From: Candidatus Limnocylindrales bacterium
GTDB taxonomy: Bacteria > Chloroflexota > Limnocylindria > Limnocylindrales > CSP1-4
Length of the DNA stretch: 64,000 nucleotides
Direction of reading: 5' to 3'
Assembly: GCA_038328755.1 (NCBI GenBank)
Contig: JBBQMH010000002.1
Coordinates: 12,175-76,174, forward strand
In this document: positions 34,890 through 44,600 of the stretch, piece after piece
Numbering within the stretch: position 1 is the first letter of the stretch
Layout: the number at the start of each line of letters is the position of its first letter
Made by a program: the position numbers and the translations under genes
The notes under the pieces: generated by a model
Told to the model about the DNA's origin: nothing
The model's input: only the letters and a program-made list of their open reading frames with translations
Database searches by the model: none

Positions 34890-35085
34890 GTGCGGTCGAC
34901 TTCTCCATACGGTTTCCCGCCGCTGTCTGGCAGCCGGGGATCGCGATTCGAGGCGATGGGGCCGATCGGCATCGGTCCTCGCACGATTGACCCACTCCAC
35001 GCATGAGCGGGTCGCCGCACTATCCGGTCCGCCGCTGCCGCGTGTCAAGCCAATTCGGAGCGCGACCGACGTAGACTGCGCTGCC

Positions 35086-35622
35086 GTGCACGCACCACCG
35101 ACGTTTCGACGCGCCGCGCGCTATGTCCTCGCGACTTTCCTTGCGCTGGCCGTCCTCGGGTGCTCAGCGGATCCGGACTCCACGCCGGCGATCACCGCCG
35201 GCACCGCCGATCAGCCACGGACCGTGATCATCGTGGCCAAGGACTACTCGTACATTCCACCGATCGTGGATCTGGTCCCGGGCGAGCACGTCGTGCTCCA
35301 GATCGTCAACGGGGGGCTCATCGTTCACGAGATCGTGATCGGCGGGATGGGCGTGCAGGACGCCTGGGAGGCGGCCGAGGCGGCAACGATCGGGGCTCCG
35401 CCGGGCCCGACACCCGTGGTCTCAGTCAGCCCGGATCTGGCGGGGCTGCGAGTGGTGGTCCAGACCGGCCAGCGGGTCGATGTGCCATGGACCGTCCCTC
35501 TGACCGCGGGCACGGAGGCCGGCGGCTGGTTCGTTGGCTGCCACATCCCCGGCCACTGGGCGGAAGGGATGGTTGTTCCGGTCCGATTCGTCGGTCGCGA
35601 CGGGCAGCCGCTGAAAACGTAG
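35086..35622 (+). CDS. azurin/auracyanin-like cupredoxin lipoprotein
   Basis: GTG 35086. RR-containing signal with a lipobox ([20 protein letters not shown]). Cupredoxin ligands LIVHEIV ... [12 protein letters not shown]. Confidence 0.65.
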   Translation: MHAPPTFRRAARYVLATFLALAVLGCSADPDSTPAITAGTADQPRTVIIVAKDYSYIPPIVDLVPGEHVVLQIVNGGLIVHEIVIGGMGVQDAWEAAEAATIGAPPGPTPVVSVSPDLAGLRVVVQTGQRVDVPWTVPLTAGTEAGGWFVGCHIPGHWAEGMVVPVRFVGRDGQPLKT

Positions 35623-35724
35623 CGGTCGCTCGGCGCGCACCATGCGGTGGAGGCCGGTGGTACGCTTCGAGCACCTTCAACGGGCGGGCAAACGCGCAGT
35701 GACGCGAGAGGAGATTTCGAGCCA

Positions 35725-36012
35725 ATGACCTATGTGATCGCCGAGCCTTGCGTCGACGTTCTCGACCTGTCGTGCGTCTCGGTTTGCCCGGTTGACTGCA
35801 TCCACTACGAAGAAGGCGTCGATCGAAAACTGTTCATCGATCCGAACGAGTGCATCGACTGTGGCGCGTGTGAGCCCGAATGCCCGGTCAATGCCATCTT
35901 CCCCGAGGATCAGGTTCCCACCGAGTGGGCAGGCTACATCCAGATGGATGCGACCTGGTTCACGGATCGCGACGCCGCGCGCGTCGCGGTGGATGCCGCC
36001 AAACCGCAATAG
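35725..36012 (+). CDS. fdxA: 7Fe-type ferredoxin ([3Fe-4S][4Fe-4S])
   Basis: MTYVIAEPCVDVLDLSCVSVCPVDCI ... CIDCGACEPECPVNAI, the classic FdxA cysteine pattern. Confidence 0.9.
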   Translation: MTYVIAEPCVDVLDLSCVSVCPVDCIHYEEGVDRKLFIDPNECIDCGACEPECPVNAIFPEDQVPTEWAGYIQMDATWFTDRDAARVAVDAAKPQ

Positions 36013-36054
36013 CCGGGGGCCGATCCATGGATGATCGGCCTGAGCGCTAGGCGC

Positions 36055-36309
36055 ATGACCTACCGGGGGACCTTCGATTGCCTCTGGTGTGGCGCGCACC
36101 ACGAGGTTCGAGCCAGCGACGACCTGGAGGGCTGGGCCCACCTCTGTCCGGACTGCATCGGGCGGGCGGGCGACAACGAGTTCCTGCGGTTCCGCCTGCG
36201 TCATGGACTGCAGGATCGGGCGACGGCCGCTCGGCCAACCACGGCCCAGGACGGGAGGCCTGACGCCGCCGGGCCGCGCACTTCGAAGCCGCGGGACCCA
36301 GGTACCTGA
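36055..36309 (+). CDS. small putative zinc-ribbon protein, hypothetical
   Basis: CLWCG ... CPDC pairs, high GC3 in frame, and a disordered Pro/Arg tail. No family recognised. Confidence 0.4.
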   Translation: MTYRGTFDCLWCGAHHEVRASDDLEGWAHLCPDCIGRAGDNEFLRFRLRHGLQDRATAARPTTAQDGRPDAAGPRTSKPRDPGT

Positions 36310-36364
36310 GGCGTCGCTCGGGTCCATGCCGGCAATGACCCGAGCGCGTGGCATACTCGCGCCA

Positions 36365-37225
36365 ATGTCCCCACTCGCTGAGCGCACGATCGCAACCGTC
36401 GGTTCGGGAGTGATGGCCGAAGCCATCATTGCCGGGCTTCTTCGGGGTCGTCTGGTCGAGCCGCAGCGACTGGTCGCGAGTCACCCCAGGGCTGAGCGAC
36501 GCGACCATCTCACCTCCACGCACGGCATCCGGACGGTCGATTCGAACCTCGAGGCGATCGCGGGCGCAGATGTCGTGATCCTGGCGATCAAGCCCCAGAT
36601 GCTGGGCCGGATCGGCAAGGAGATCAGTGGGAGCCTGCAACCGGGCCAGCTGGTCATCAGCATCCTCGCCGGCGCCACGACGAAGGCTCTCAAGACAGCC
36701 CTCGGTCACGATCAGATCGTGCGGAGCATGCCGAATACGCCGGCCCGCCTCGGCCGGGGCATGACCGTCTGGTTCGCGACGCCCCAGGTGACCGCGGAGC
36801 AGCGCGGGCAGGCAGCAACCCTGCTCGGTGCGCTTGGCGCTCAACTCGAAGTCGATGACGAAAAGCTCGTCGCCATGGCGACAGCGGTCTCGGGCACCGG
36901 CCCCACGTACGTCTTCCTCGTCATGGAGGCGCTCATCGATGCCGCCGTCCACCTCGGATTTCCGCGCCACATTGCCCATGACCTGGTCATCGAGACGCTC
37001 GAGGGCAGCACGCTCTTCGCCAAGCAGTCCGGGATGCACCCGGCTGAGCTTCGCAACATGGTGACCTCGCCCGGAGGCACCAGTGCCGCCGCCCTGCACG
37101 AACTCGAATCGGGTCGCTTGCGCACGGTCCTGTCCGAGGCTGTCTGGGCCGCCTTCCGCCGGACCGTGGAGCTCGGTGAGCAACTCGAATCAACCCTCGT
37201 CCCGGGGGATGGACCGCCGCGTTGA
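36365..37225 (+). CDS. proC: pyrroline-5-carboxylate reductase
   Basis: Internal ATG 36365. Rossmann TVGSGVMAEAII, AIKPQ, MPNTPA, and VTSPGGTSAAAL near the C-terminus. Confidence 0.9.
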   Translation: MSPLAERTIATVGSGVMAEAIIAGLLRGRLVEPQRLVASHPRAERRDHLTSTHGIRTVDSNLEAIAGADVVILAIKPQMLGRIGKEISGSLQPGQLVISILAGATTKALKTALGHDQIVRSMPNTPARLGRGMTVWFATPQVTAEQRGQAATLLGALGAQLEVDDEKLVAMATAVSGTGPTYVFLVMEALIDAAVHLGFPRHIAHDLVIETLEGSTLFAKQSGMHPAELRNMVTSPGGTSAAALHELESGRLRTVLSEAVWAAFRRTVELGEQLESTLVPGDGPPR

Positions 37226-38205
37226 CCCGCGCGGGATCCGACCATCGCTCCGGCGCCAGCCTCGTGGAGCGGGCGATGCGCGCCGCGCTGCTGGGCCTGT
37301 CGCACCGTCGCTCGATCGGGCGACTCGCCACCCGACTGCCGGTCACTCGTGCGATGGTCGGCCGGTTCGTTGCCGGCGAGACGATGGCTGCGGCGTTGCC
37401 CTCGATCAAGCTGATCGATGCTGCCGGGTACGGGACGACCATCGACATTCTGGGCGAGGCGGTCCGCTCGGCGGACGCCGCTCGATCCGCGGCGAACGGC
37501 TACGTCACGGCCCTCGGTGTCCTCCGGGACCAGGGCCTCGAGCAGAACGTCAGCATCAAGCTCAGCCAGATGGGACTCGCCCTGGACCCGGCACTCGCCC
37601 GCGAGAACGTCGGGCGGATCCTGACGGCCGCCGCCGCTTCGAGCGGTTTCGTCCGGATCGACATGGAGGACCACAGCACGACGGATGCCACGCTCGCCCT
37701 GTGGGACGAGCTCCGGCCGCTCATGGCCGGATCGGGAGACGTTGGGGTCGTGCTCCAGTCGGCACTCCTGAGAACTCCGGCCGATGCGGACCGGCTGATT
37801 GCCGCCGGCGCACGGATCCGCCTCTGCAAGGGCGCCTATCGGGAACCGGCGGCGGTCGCTCATAAGGACAAGGCCGATGTTGACGCGGCCTATCTCGCCG
37901 TGGCCCGGCGTCTCCTGGACGAGGGGAACTACCCGGCCCTGGCGACCCATGACGACGGCATCGTGGACGAACTCATCGCCCATGCCCGGGCGCATGACAT
38001 CGCCCCGGATCGGTTCGAATTCCAGATGCTGTTCGGGGTCCGCCGCGATCTCCAGGAGCGCGTCCTGCGCGATGGCTGGACGGTCCGGATCTACGTCCCG
38101 ATGGGCGAGCAGTGGTACCCGTACTTCATGCGGCGCCTGGCGGAACGACCAGCGAACGTGGTCTTCCTGCTCCGGAGCCTGTGGCGCGAGCGGCGGGCCG
38201 GCTAG
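37222..38205 (+). CDS. proline dehydrogenase (monofunctional PutA-type catalytic domain)
   Basis: RFVAGET, IDILGE, VSIKLSQMG, VRIDMEDH, RLCKGAY, ATHD and EFQMLFGVR are typical of the Pro_dh family. Start is TTG 37222 (TTGA overlap with proC) or ATG 37276. Confidence 0.85.
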   Translation: MTRAGSDHRSGASLVERAMRAALLGLSHRRSIGRLATRLPVTRAMVGRFVAGETMAAALPSIKLIDAAGYGTTIDILGEAVRSADAARSAANGYVTALGVLRDQGLEQNVSIKLSQMGLALDPALARENVGRILTAAAASSGFVRIDMEDHSTTDATLALWDELRPLMAGSGDVGVVLQSALLRTPADADRLIAAGARIRLCKGAYREPAAVAHKDKADVDAAYLAVARRLLDEGNYPALATHDDGIVDELIAHARAHDIAPDRFEFQMLFGVRRDLQERVLRDGWTVRIYVPMGEQWYPYFMRRLAERPANVVFLLRSLWRERRAG

Positions 38206-38735
38206 GCCAGGGCGGGGCTTCGTCGCATGGCCGCGACGATGACGATCACGATCCCGACGCCGATGAGGACATCGCCCACGCTGAACACGTTCGCCATCGG
38301 GACCGCCGCGGGCAGGGCGTAGATGTCCGTCAGGAACCGAACCGCCGGGTCGGCAAGGACGATGCTGTTGGTGTGGTCGCCCGGCCCGCCGAACCCGGCC
38401 ATGGCCAGGGCGCCGGGGTCGGCCGGCATGAACCCGCCGTTCGCCGAGATCGCGATGAGGTTGCTGAGCGCCCCCGCCGCCACGACGACCATCCCGGTGA
38501 GGCGCCAGTTCCGGACGACGGCCACGAAGACCGCCAGGGTCGAGACGACGTAGATCGGCGGGCCGAGGTCGCCCGCAAGACGATCACCCGTTTCGGTGAA
38601 CAGCGCGATCTGAATCAGGAGCCCCCCGACGGCCAGCGGCGCCCAGCGAAAGCCGATGCTCAGGAACCCGTCGAGGCTGCCACGAAGGACCACCCCGAGG
38701 AGGAGCCCGACGGGGATCGCCCAGAGCATGAACAC
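38202..38735 (-). CDS. polytopic membrane protein (DUF5317-like)
   Basis: 177 aa with four or five TM helices. NGGFMP and NVFSVGDVLIGVG resemble what I recall of DUF5317. Confidence 0.5.
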   Translation of the reverse strand: MFMLWAIPVGLLLGVVLRGSLDGFLSIGFRWAPLAVGGLLIQIALFTETGDRLAGDLGPPIYVVSTLAVFVAVVRNWRLTGMVVVAAGALSNLIAISANGGFMPADPGALAMAGFGGPGDHTNSIVLADPAVRFLTDIYALPAAVPMANVFSVGDVLIGVGIVIVIVAAMRRSPALA

Positions 38736-38740
38736 GCGGG

Positions 38741-39247
38741 TCAGGCTCCCCTTGCAGCGAGGATTTCCTGGAGCTGGATGACGTGCTCCTCGAGGTGCGT
38801 GATCACGTAGCGCTCCAGCATTCCGGCCACGGTGTCCGTGCCGCGGACGGGGTGTCGGCCGACGCGAGCAGCGTCTTCGTCGGATATCTCGCGCATGCGC
38901 GCCGCGACCCGAGCCCCATCGGCGGACAGCCGGGCGAACAACTCACGGAGCGGGATCGTCCGGTCTCGCCCGATGATCCCGATCCGGACGGTATCCGCGG
39001 CGACTCGACCGAAGTCCACGGGAGCCTCGCCTGGCCCGTCCACGATGCGCTCCGCCTCGGCGAGCCAGAACGGCAGCATCTCGTCCAGGTGGGCCAGCAG
39101 CTCGGGCGGTCCCCAACTCGCCTCGGCCTCGGTCCCGTAGAGCTCGGCGAGCGGCCATGGAGCCGCCGCCTCGACGCGCGGACGGAGCGCGAGCATGTCG
39201 GCAATGGCGCCTTCGAGGCGGACGGCAGGAGCGGGCAGTTCATTCAT
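38741..39247 (-). CDS. DinB-family (DinB_2) metal-dependent protein
   Basis: Internal ATG 39247. Four-helix-bundle-type sequence with HLDEMLPFW ... VITHLEEHVIQL. The rest of the 563-aa ORF is antisense to hppD. Confidence 0.7.
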   Translation of the reverse strand: MNELPAPAVRLEGAIADMLALRPRVEAAAPWPLAELYGTEAEASWGPPELLAHLDEMLPFWLAEAERIVDGPGEAPVDFGRVAADTVRIGIIGRDRTIPLRELFARLSADGARVAARMREISDEDAARVGRHPVRGTDTVAGMLERYVITHLEEHVIQLQEILAARGA

Positions 39248-39346
39248 GCGCGGAGTTTCGCACGAACCAGGGGTCCGGCTCGACGGCCCGGCTACCATGA
39301 GAACCCAACGACGCTCGAACCAACGAGGCCAGCGAGGTATGCGTCC

Positions 39347-40516
39347 ATGACCGACACGCTGAACCGGGGGGCGGCCAACCAGGCCGGTGCCCATCTCAAC
39401 AAGGATGCCTACGCGGAGGCGAAGGACTTCCTTCCACTCAACGGGCTCGATCACGTCGAGTTCTGGGTCGGCAACGCCCGCCAGGCGTCGGCCTATTTCC
39501 GGACCCTGTGGGGGTTCACGCCCATCGCCTACGCCGGACTCGAGACCGGCGTGCGCGACCGAGCGAGTTACGTCATGCGCCAGAACGACATCACGATCGT
39601 GCTGACCGCCCCGCTGACGCCCGACGGTGAAATCGCGGAGCACGTTCATCGGCATGGCGATGGCGTCAAGGACATCGCCTTCGCGGTCGATGACCCGGCA
39701 GCCGCCTGGCGCGAAACGACCGCCCGCGGCGCGCGCTCGGCGATCGAGCCGGTCGAACTCGATGGCGGCGACGATGGCGTCCTGCGGCGCAGTGCGGTCA
39801 TGACCTATGGCGAGGTTCGCCACTCGTTCATCGATCGAAGCGACTATCACGGCGTCTTTGCGCCCGGGTACCGAAAGGTCAAGAAGCCGGCCCGAGCGGC
39901 CGCAGGTCTGTCCCTGCTCGAGATCGATCACTGCGTGGGCAACGTCGAACTCGGCGATATGAACCGGTTCGTGGATTACTACCGCGACGTGTTCGGCTTC
40001 GCGCAGCTGATCCATTACGACGACAAGGTCATTCACACCGACTACTCGGCCCTCATGTCGAAGGTCATGACCAGCGGCAACGGACGCGTGAAGTTCCCGA
40101 TCAACGAGCCGGCGCCGGGAAAGAAGAAGAGCCAGATCCAGGAGTTCCTTGACTGGTACCTCGACGCGGGAACCCAGCACGTCGCGCTCCGGACCGACGA
40201 CATCGTCGCGACCGTGCGCGCTCTTCGGGACAGCGGGGTCGAGTTCCTGGGCATGCCGCACGCCTACTACGAGACGCTGGCCGATCGGGTCGGCGACGTC
40301 GGCGTCCCGATGGATGTCCTCGAGGAGCTCGGCATCGAAGCGGACCGGGACGAGGAGGGCTATCTCCTCCAGATCTTCACCCGTCCCATCCAGGATCGCC
40401 CGACCTTCTTCTTCGAGATCATCGAGCGCCACGGATCGCGCGGCTTCGGGGTCGGCAACTTCAAGGCACTCTTCGAGGCCATCGAAATCGAACAGGCCCG
40501 GCGCGGCAACCTGTAG
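39347..40516 (+). CDS. hppD: 4-hydroxyphenylpyruvate dioxygenase
   Basis: Internal ATG 39347. LDHVEFWVGNARQASAYF, IDHCVGNVELGDM, SALMSKVM, QHVALRTDDIV, FFFEIIERHGSRGFGVGNFKALFEAIE. Confidence 0.92.
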   Translation: MTDTLNRGAANQAGAHLNKDAYAEAKDFLPLNGLDHVEFWVGNARQASAYFRTLWGFTPIAYAGLETGVRDRASYVMRQNDITIVLTAPLTPDGEIAEHVHRHGDGVKDIAFAVDDPAAAWRETTARGARSAIEPVELDGGDDGVLRRSAVMTYGEVRHSFIDRSDYHGVFAPGYRKVKKPARAAAGLSLLEIDHCVGNVELGDMNRFVDYYRDVFGFAQLIHYDDKVIHTDYSALMSKVMTSGNGRVKFPINEPAPGKKKSQIQEFLDWYLDAGTQHVALRTDDIVATVRALRDSGVEFLGMPHAYYETLADRVGDVGVPMDVLEELGIEADRDEEGYLLQIFTRPIQDRPTFFFEIIERHGSRGFGVGNFKALFEAIEIEQARRGNL

Positions 40517-40582
40517 GACGAGGTCTGGCCGGGTCCGCGAACGGCGAGCCGGTCAGCGACCAGAGGCTATTGGGAGAGAGTC

Positions 40583-42874
40583 GTGACCGTCGCCTCTGAT
40601 CGGCCTCGAAGAATTGGAACCTGGGCACTGACCGGCGTAGCGGTTGCGGCCGCCCTTGGGTTCCTCGCCTGGCGCCTCTTCGGAGTCTCGGACGGGGCCG
40701 TGATCTCGTTCTATGCCGACGCCTGGAGCCCCGCAGGAGCCAAGGTCCAGGTCGAAACCGGCACGCCAGATGGACTCCGGGACGGTGACCTCGTGACGGG
40801 CGTGGCCGGCCATGGCCTCAACGAGTGGCTAGGCTCAGCGATCATCGGCGGCTTCGATCGCCTGCCCTCGGGCGCGTCGTCCGTCCCCTACTCCGTCGTT
40901 CGAGAGGGCACCGCGGTCGAAGTGCGTGTCGGCGTCGGCCGGGTGGACGTGGGCCAGGCGCTGCTCGCCAACTGGAGCGTCCTCGTATTCACGGTGGTCC
41001 TGCAGGCGATCGCCGGCTTCGTCCTGCTGCGCCGGCCCGAGGCGTCGGCTGCCGTGGCCCTCAGCATCGCCGCGGTCGGCGTCACCGGGAGCACGCTGCC
41101 GTGGCTCCTCGGCCTCGGGATCCGGGACATCACCGAGGGCTGGCCCTTCGTGCTCTACGCCCTGACCGCCGGGGGGCTGTACATGCTCCTCTGGCCCGCG
41201 GGGGCTCTCCACCTTCCGCTGGCGATGGCGTCGATCGACGGAGCCCCGCCGCGGCGGACGCTGCAGCTCGTGTACGCCGTTCCGCTGGGGGCATATCTCG
41301 CCGGGCTCGTCGTCGCCCGCGTCGCCAGCCCGTCGGCGACGGCCTGGCTTGGTACCTGGCCGGCCGTCCAGGCCCTGACGATCATCCCAACCATCGTCAT
41401 GGGGCTGATCCTGTCCATCCGCGCGTTCCGCCTTGCGCCGCCGGATGTGCGCCTGCGGCTGCGGTGGGCGCTGATCGGCGGCATTGTCTCGTCCGCGGGT
41501 GGGTTGGTCCTGCTCCTTGGACCGCAACTGCTGACGGGCCGGCCGATCGTGCCCTGGAGTGCCGTCGGACTGCTCGCCCTTCCGCTGCCGGTCGGCCTCG
41601 CGGCCGGCATCCTGCGCCATCAGCTCTTCGACATCGAGGTCATCGTCAACCGAACCCTCGTCTACGGCGGGGTGACGGGATCGATCGTGGCGATCTATGC
41701 CGGCTCGGTCGCGATCCTCGGGACCTTGATCGGCAGCGACACGGGAATTTCCGCTCCCCTGCTCGGGACCGGGCTGGCGGCCGTCGCCGCGCTTCCGATC
41801 CGTGATGGGCTCCAGCGGACGGTCAACCGGTTGATGTACGGCGATCGTGACGATCCATCTCGCGCGATCACCCGGCTCGGGCAACGGCTCGAGGCCACGC
41901 TTGATCCCATCGAGGCGCCCGAGATCATCGTCCGCACGATCGCCGAGTCGCTCCGCCTACCGTGGGTGGGGCTGCGCGTCGGGCCGACCGGCAGAGGTGG
42001 GCGCCTCGTCACCACCGGGCAACCGCCCGCCGGAGATCCGATGACGGTCACGCTCGTGTATGGGGCCGAGACCGTCGGCGAGTTGCTGGTGAGCCCCCGG
42101 TCCGGCGGCGAGCCACTCTCCGCCGCCGACCGTCAGTTGCTGGAGGCACTGGCTCGCCAGGCCGGCGTGGCGGTCCGGGCCTTTGCGCTCACCACCGATC
42201 TCATCGACTCGCGCGGTCGCCTGGTGGCTGCTCGAGAGGAGGAGCGGCGGCGCATTCGGCGGGATCTGCACGATGGACTCGGTCCCTCGCTCGCCGCCAT
42301 CGGCATGCGGGCCGAAGTGGCCGCCGACCTCGTGACCAGCGACCCCGCCGGGGCTCGGACCATGCTCGCTCAACTCCACGGTGAGGTCCAGTCGGCGCTC
42401 GGCGACATTCGACGCCTGGTCGACGCGCTTCGGCCGCCCGCGCTCGACGAACTCGGGCTGGTCGGTGCGCTTCGGGCGCAGGGCGAGCGCCTGGGGCCAC
42501 GGCCGCAGTTCCTCGTGGAAGCCTCCGAGCGGTTCCCGGAATTGCCGGCCGCTGTGGAAGTTGCCGCCTATCGAATCGCGGTCGAAGCCATGACCAACGC
42601 GGCACGCCACGCGGAGGCATCCTCGTGTGTCGTGAAGCTGGCCATCAGCACCCGGGAAACCGCCGGAGACCAGATCCTCGAGGTCGAGGTGTCGGATGAT
42701 GGGCGGGGGCTGCCATCGGCCCTGCGACCCGGCATCGGCCTGCTGTCGATGCGTGAACGGGCCGCGGAAGTTGGCGGCATCTGCGAGATCGGGCCCGGAC
42801 CCGTAAGCGGCACGCTCGTCCGGGCTGCGTTGCCTGTTTCCGGGGCAAACACTGGACACGAGGATTCAGAGTGA
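40583..42874 (+). CDS. sensor histidine kinase (NarL class) with PDZ-like external module, multi-TM region and GAF-like domain
   Basis: 763 aa. GLRDGDLVTGVAG after the first TM helix, about ten TM helices, a GAF-like segment, H-box IRRDLHDGLGPSL, and HATPase_c (EAMTNAARHA, DDGRGL, GIGLLSMRERA). Confidence 0.85.
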   Translation: MTVASDRPRRIGTWALTGVAVAAALGFLAWRLFGVSDGAVISFYADAWSPAGAKVQVETGTPDGLRDGDLVTGVAGHGLNEWLGSAIIGGFDRLPSGASSVPYSVVREGTAVEVRVGVGRVDVGQALLANWSVLVFTVVLQAIAGFVLLRRPEASAAVALSIAAVGVTGSTLPWLLGLGIRDITEGWPFVLYALTAGGLYMLLWPAGALHLPLAMASIDGAPPRRTLQLVYAVPLGAYLAGLVVARVASPSATAWLGTWPAVQALTIIPTIVMGLILSIRAFRLAPPDVRLRLRWALIGGIVSSAGGLVLLLGPQLLTGRPIVPWSAVGLLALPLPVGLAAGILRHQLFDIEVIVNRTLVYGGVTGSIVAIYAGSVAILGTLIGSDTGISAPLLGTGLAAVAALPIRDGLQRTVNRLMYGDRDDPSRAITRLGQRLEATLDPIEAPEIIVRTIAESLRLPWVGLRVGPTGRGGRLVTTGQPPAGDPMTVTLVYGAETVGELLVSPRSGGEPLSAADRQLLEALARQAGVAVRAFALTTDLIDSRGRLVAAREEERRRIRRDLHDGLGPSLAAIGMRAEVAADLVTSDPAGARTMLAQLHGEVQSALGDIRRLVDALRPPALDELGLVGALRAQGERLGPRPQFLVEASERFPELPAAVEVAAYRIAVEAMTNAARHAEASSCVVKLAISTRETAGDQILEVEVSDDGRGLPSALRPGIGLLSMRERAAEVGGICEIGPGPVSGTLVRAALPVSGANTGHEDSE

Positions 42875-43554
42875 CCGACGAAGCGACGGACGCGATCGAA
42901 ACCATCCGGCTCCTGCTGGCCGACGATCACGAAACCTTCCTGTCCGGGCTCAAGGCGCTGCTGGGGTCCATCGCCGGGCTCGAGGTCGTGGCTACCGCAT
43001 CGAGTGGGACCCAGACCGTGGAGGTGGCCGGCGAATCTCAACCCGATGTCATCGTCATGGACCTGAACATGCCCGGGATCGACGGGATCGAGGCGACCCG
43101 GCGAATCGTTGCGACCAGCCCGCACATCGCCGTCCTCGTCCTTTCGATGGACGAGGACGAGGACCAGGTGTTCGGCGCGCTGAAGGCGGGCGCGCGCGGC
43201 TATCTGCTGAAGGGGGCGGACCGAGCCGAGCTCGTCCGGGCCATCCGGGCCGTGGCGCGGGGCGAGGCGATCTTCGGGCCCGCGATCGCCCGCCGCCTCG
43301 TGAGCTTCTTCGCGACCATGCCGGCGATGGACACGACCATCTTTCCGGAACTCACCGAGCGCGAACGCGAGATCCTCGACATGGTTGCACGTGGCTTGAG
43401 CAATCCTGATATCGCCAACCGGCTGGTCCTCGCACCCAAGACGGTCCGCAACCACATTTCGAACATTTTCAGCAAACTCCAGGTAGCCGACCGAGCCCAG
43501 GCGATTGTCCGCGCCCGCGAGGCGGGCCTCGGCGGAGCCACGCGACAGCGCTGA
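42871..43554 (+). CDS. response regulator, LuxR/NarL family
   Basis: REC (LLLADDHETF, VIVMDLNMPGIDG) plus a LuxR HTH (LTEREREILDMVARGLSNPDIANRLVLAPKTVRNHISNIFSKL). 4-nt overlap with the kinase. Confidence 0.9.
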   Translation: MTDEATDAIETIRLLLADDHETFLSGLKALLGSIAGLEVVATASSGTQTVEVAGESQPDVIVMDLNMPGIDGIEATRRIVATSPHIAVLVLSMDEDEDQVFGALKAGARGYLLKGADRAELVRAIRAVARGEAIFGPAIARRLVSFFATMPAMDTTIFPELTEREREILDMVARGLSNPDIANRLVLAPKTVRNHISNIFSKLQVADRAQAIVRAREAGLGGATRQR

Positions 43555-43620
43555 GCTCGCATCGGGCGCCCGGGCTGAATCGGGACGCTGGCCCCGTGAC
43601 GACGGGACGTCGCCCCGCGG

Positions 43621-44040
43621 ATGCTCTCCCCCGACGGCACGAACGCCGACAGGGAGGTCAGCCTGATCAGGTACGGCATCGGGCGTGCGCACGGGTGGAT
43701 CGCGTGGGGGTTCGTGGCCTCGATCGTGATCCAGGTCTTCCTCGTGGGCCTCGCGCTGTTCGATGAGGGCTTCGGCTTCGGACTCCACATGGAGTTCGGC
43801 TTCTCGGTCATCGGACTCGTGGCCCTGGCCGTGCTCCTGAGCGCGGTGGGTGGCGGACTGCCTCGCCGGATTGTTGGCCTGAGCCTGCTGCTGCTCGTGC
43901 TGTATATCGTCCAGACCATGCTGCCTGGGGCGCGCGCCACCTACCCGCTCGTCGCTGCGCTCCACCCGGTCAACGCCCTCCTCCTGCTTGCGCTGGGCGT
44001 CTATCTTGCTCGTGGGGCCGGGCGAGCCCGAGCGTCATGA
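43621..44040 (+). CDS. four-TM membrane protein, hypothetical
   Basis: 139 aa and hydrophobic. Sits between the response regulator and the ABC-2 exporter. No confident family. Confidence 0.5.
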   Translation: MLSPDGTNADREVSLIRYGIGRAHGWIAWGFVASIVIQVFLVGLALFDEGFGFGLHMEFGFSVIGLVALAVLLSAVGGGLPRRIVGLSLLLLVLYIVQTMLPGARATYPLVAALHPVNALLLLALGVYLARGAGRARAS

Positions 44041-44098
44041 CGGGGCGACCAGGCCGGCCGCTGGTTTCATCACGCTGTGACGTCATCCGGAGGCGATC

Positions 44099-44593
44099 GT
44101 GAGTCTGTACGACGTGGTGGTGCTGGGCCACGTTCTGACCGTCATCCTCGGCTTTGGGGGCCATGGCGCATCCGCGTTCGTGATGTTCCGCGTCCGGGCG
44201 GAGCGCGATCGAGCCAGGCTCGCAACGCTGCTCGAGCTGTCGGGATCATCGATCATGTTCACCTCGATCCTGCTGCTCGTGACGATCGTTCTCGGCATCG
44301 CGGCGGCGATCATGGGCGACCACTTCGCGAAGTTCTGGCCGTGGGCCGCGATCAGCGTGCTGATCGTGGTCATCGGCTTGATGACGCCCCTCGCCGGCAT
44401 TCCCATGAACAACGTGCGACGAACCCTCGGGATGACGACCCAGGGCGACAAGAAGGGCGACCCGCCGCGGGTCCCTGGAACCGACGAGGAGCTGGCGGCC
44501 GTGCTGGCTCGCGTGCGCCCCGAACTGCCGGCGGCCATCGGCATCGGGGGGATCGCCATCCTCGTCTGGCTCATGGAAGTCAAGCCGTTCTGA
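44099..44593 (+). CDS. four-TM membrane protein, hypothetical
   Basis: 164 aa and hydrophobic. GTG start; immediately upstream of the ABC ATPase. Confidence 0.5.
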   Translation: MSLYDVVVLGHVLTVILGFGGHGASAFVMFRVRAERDRARLATLLELSGSSIMFTSILLLVTIVLGIAAAIMGDHFAKFWPWAAISVLIVVIGLMTPLAGIPMNNVRRTLGMTTQGDKKGDPPRVPGTDEELAAVLARVRPELPAAIGIGGIAILVWLMEVKPF

Positions 44594-44600
44594 TGCGGGC

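Noticed and set aside
36047-37995. Two long minus-strand ORFs (36047-37183 and 36841-37995)
   Set aside because: They are antisense to proC and the proline dehydrogenase gene. The translations are Arg/Gly/Pro-rich with no motifs.
39248-40432. Upstream two-thirds of the 563-aa minus-strand ORF (38741-40432)
   Set aside because: Only the last 168 codons (the DinB-family protein from ATG 39247) look like protein. The remainder is antisense to hppD.
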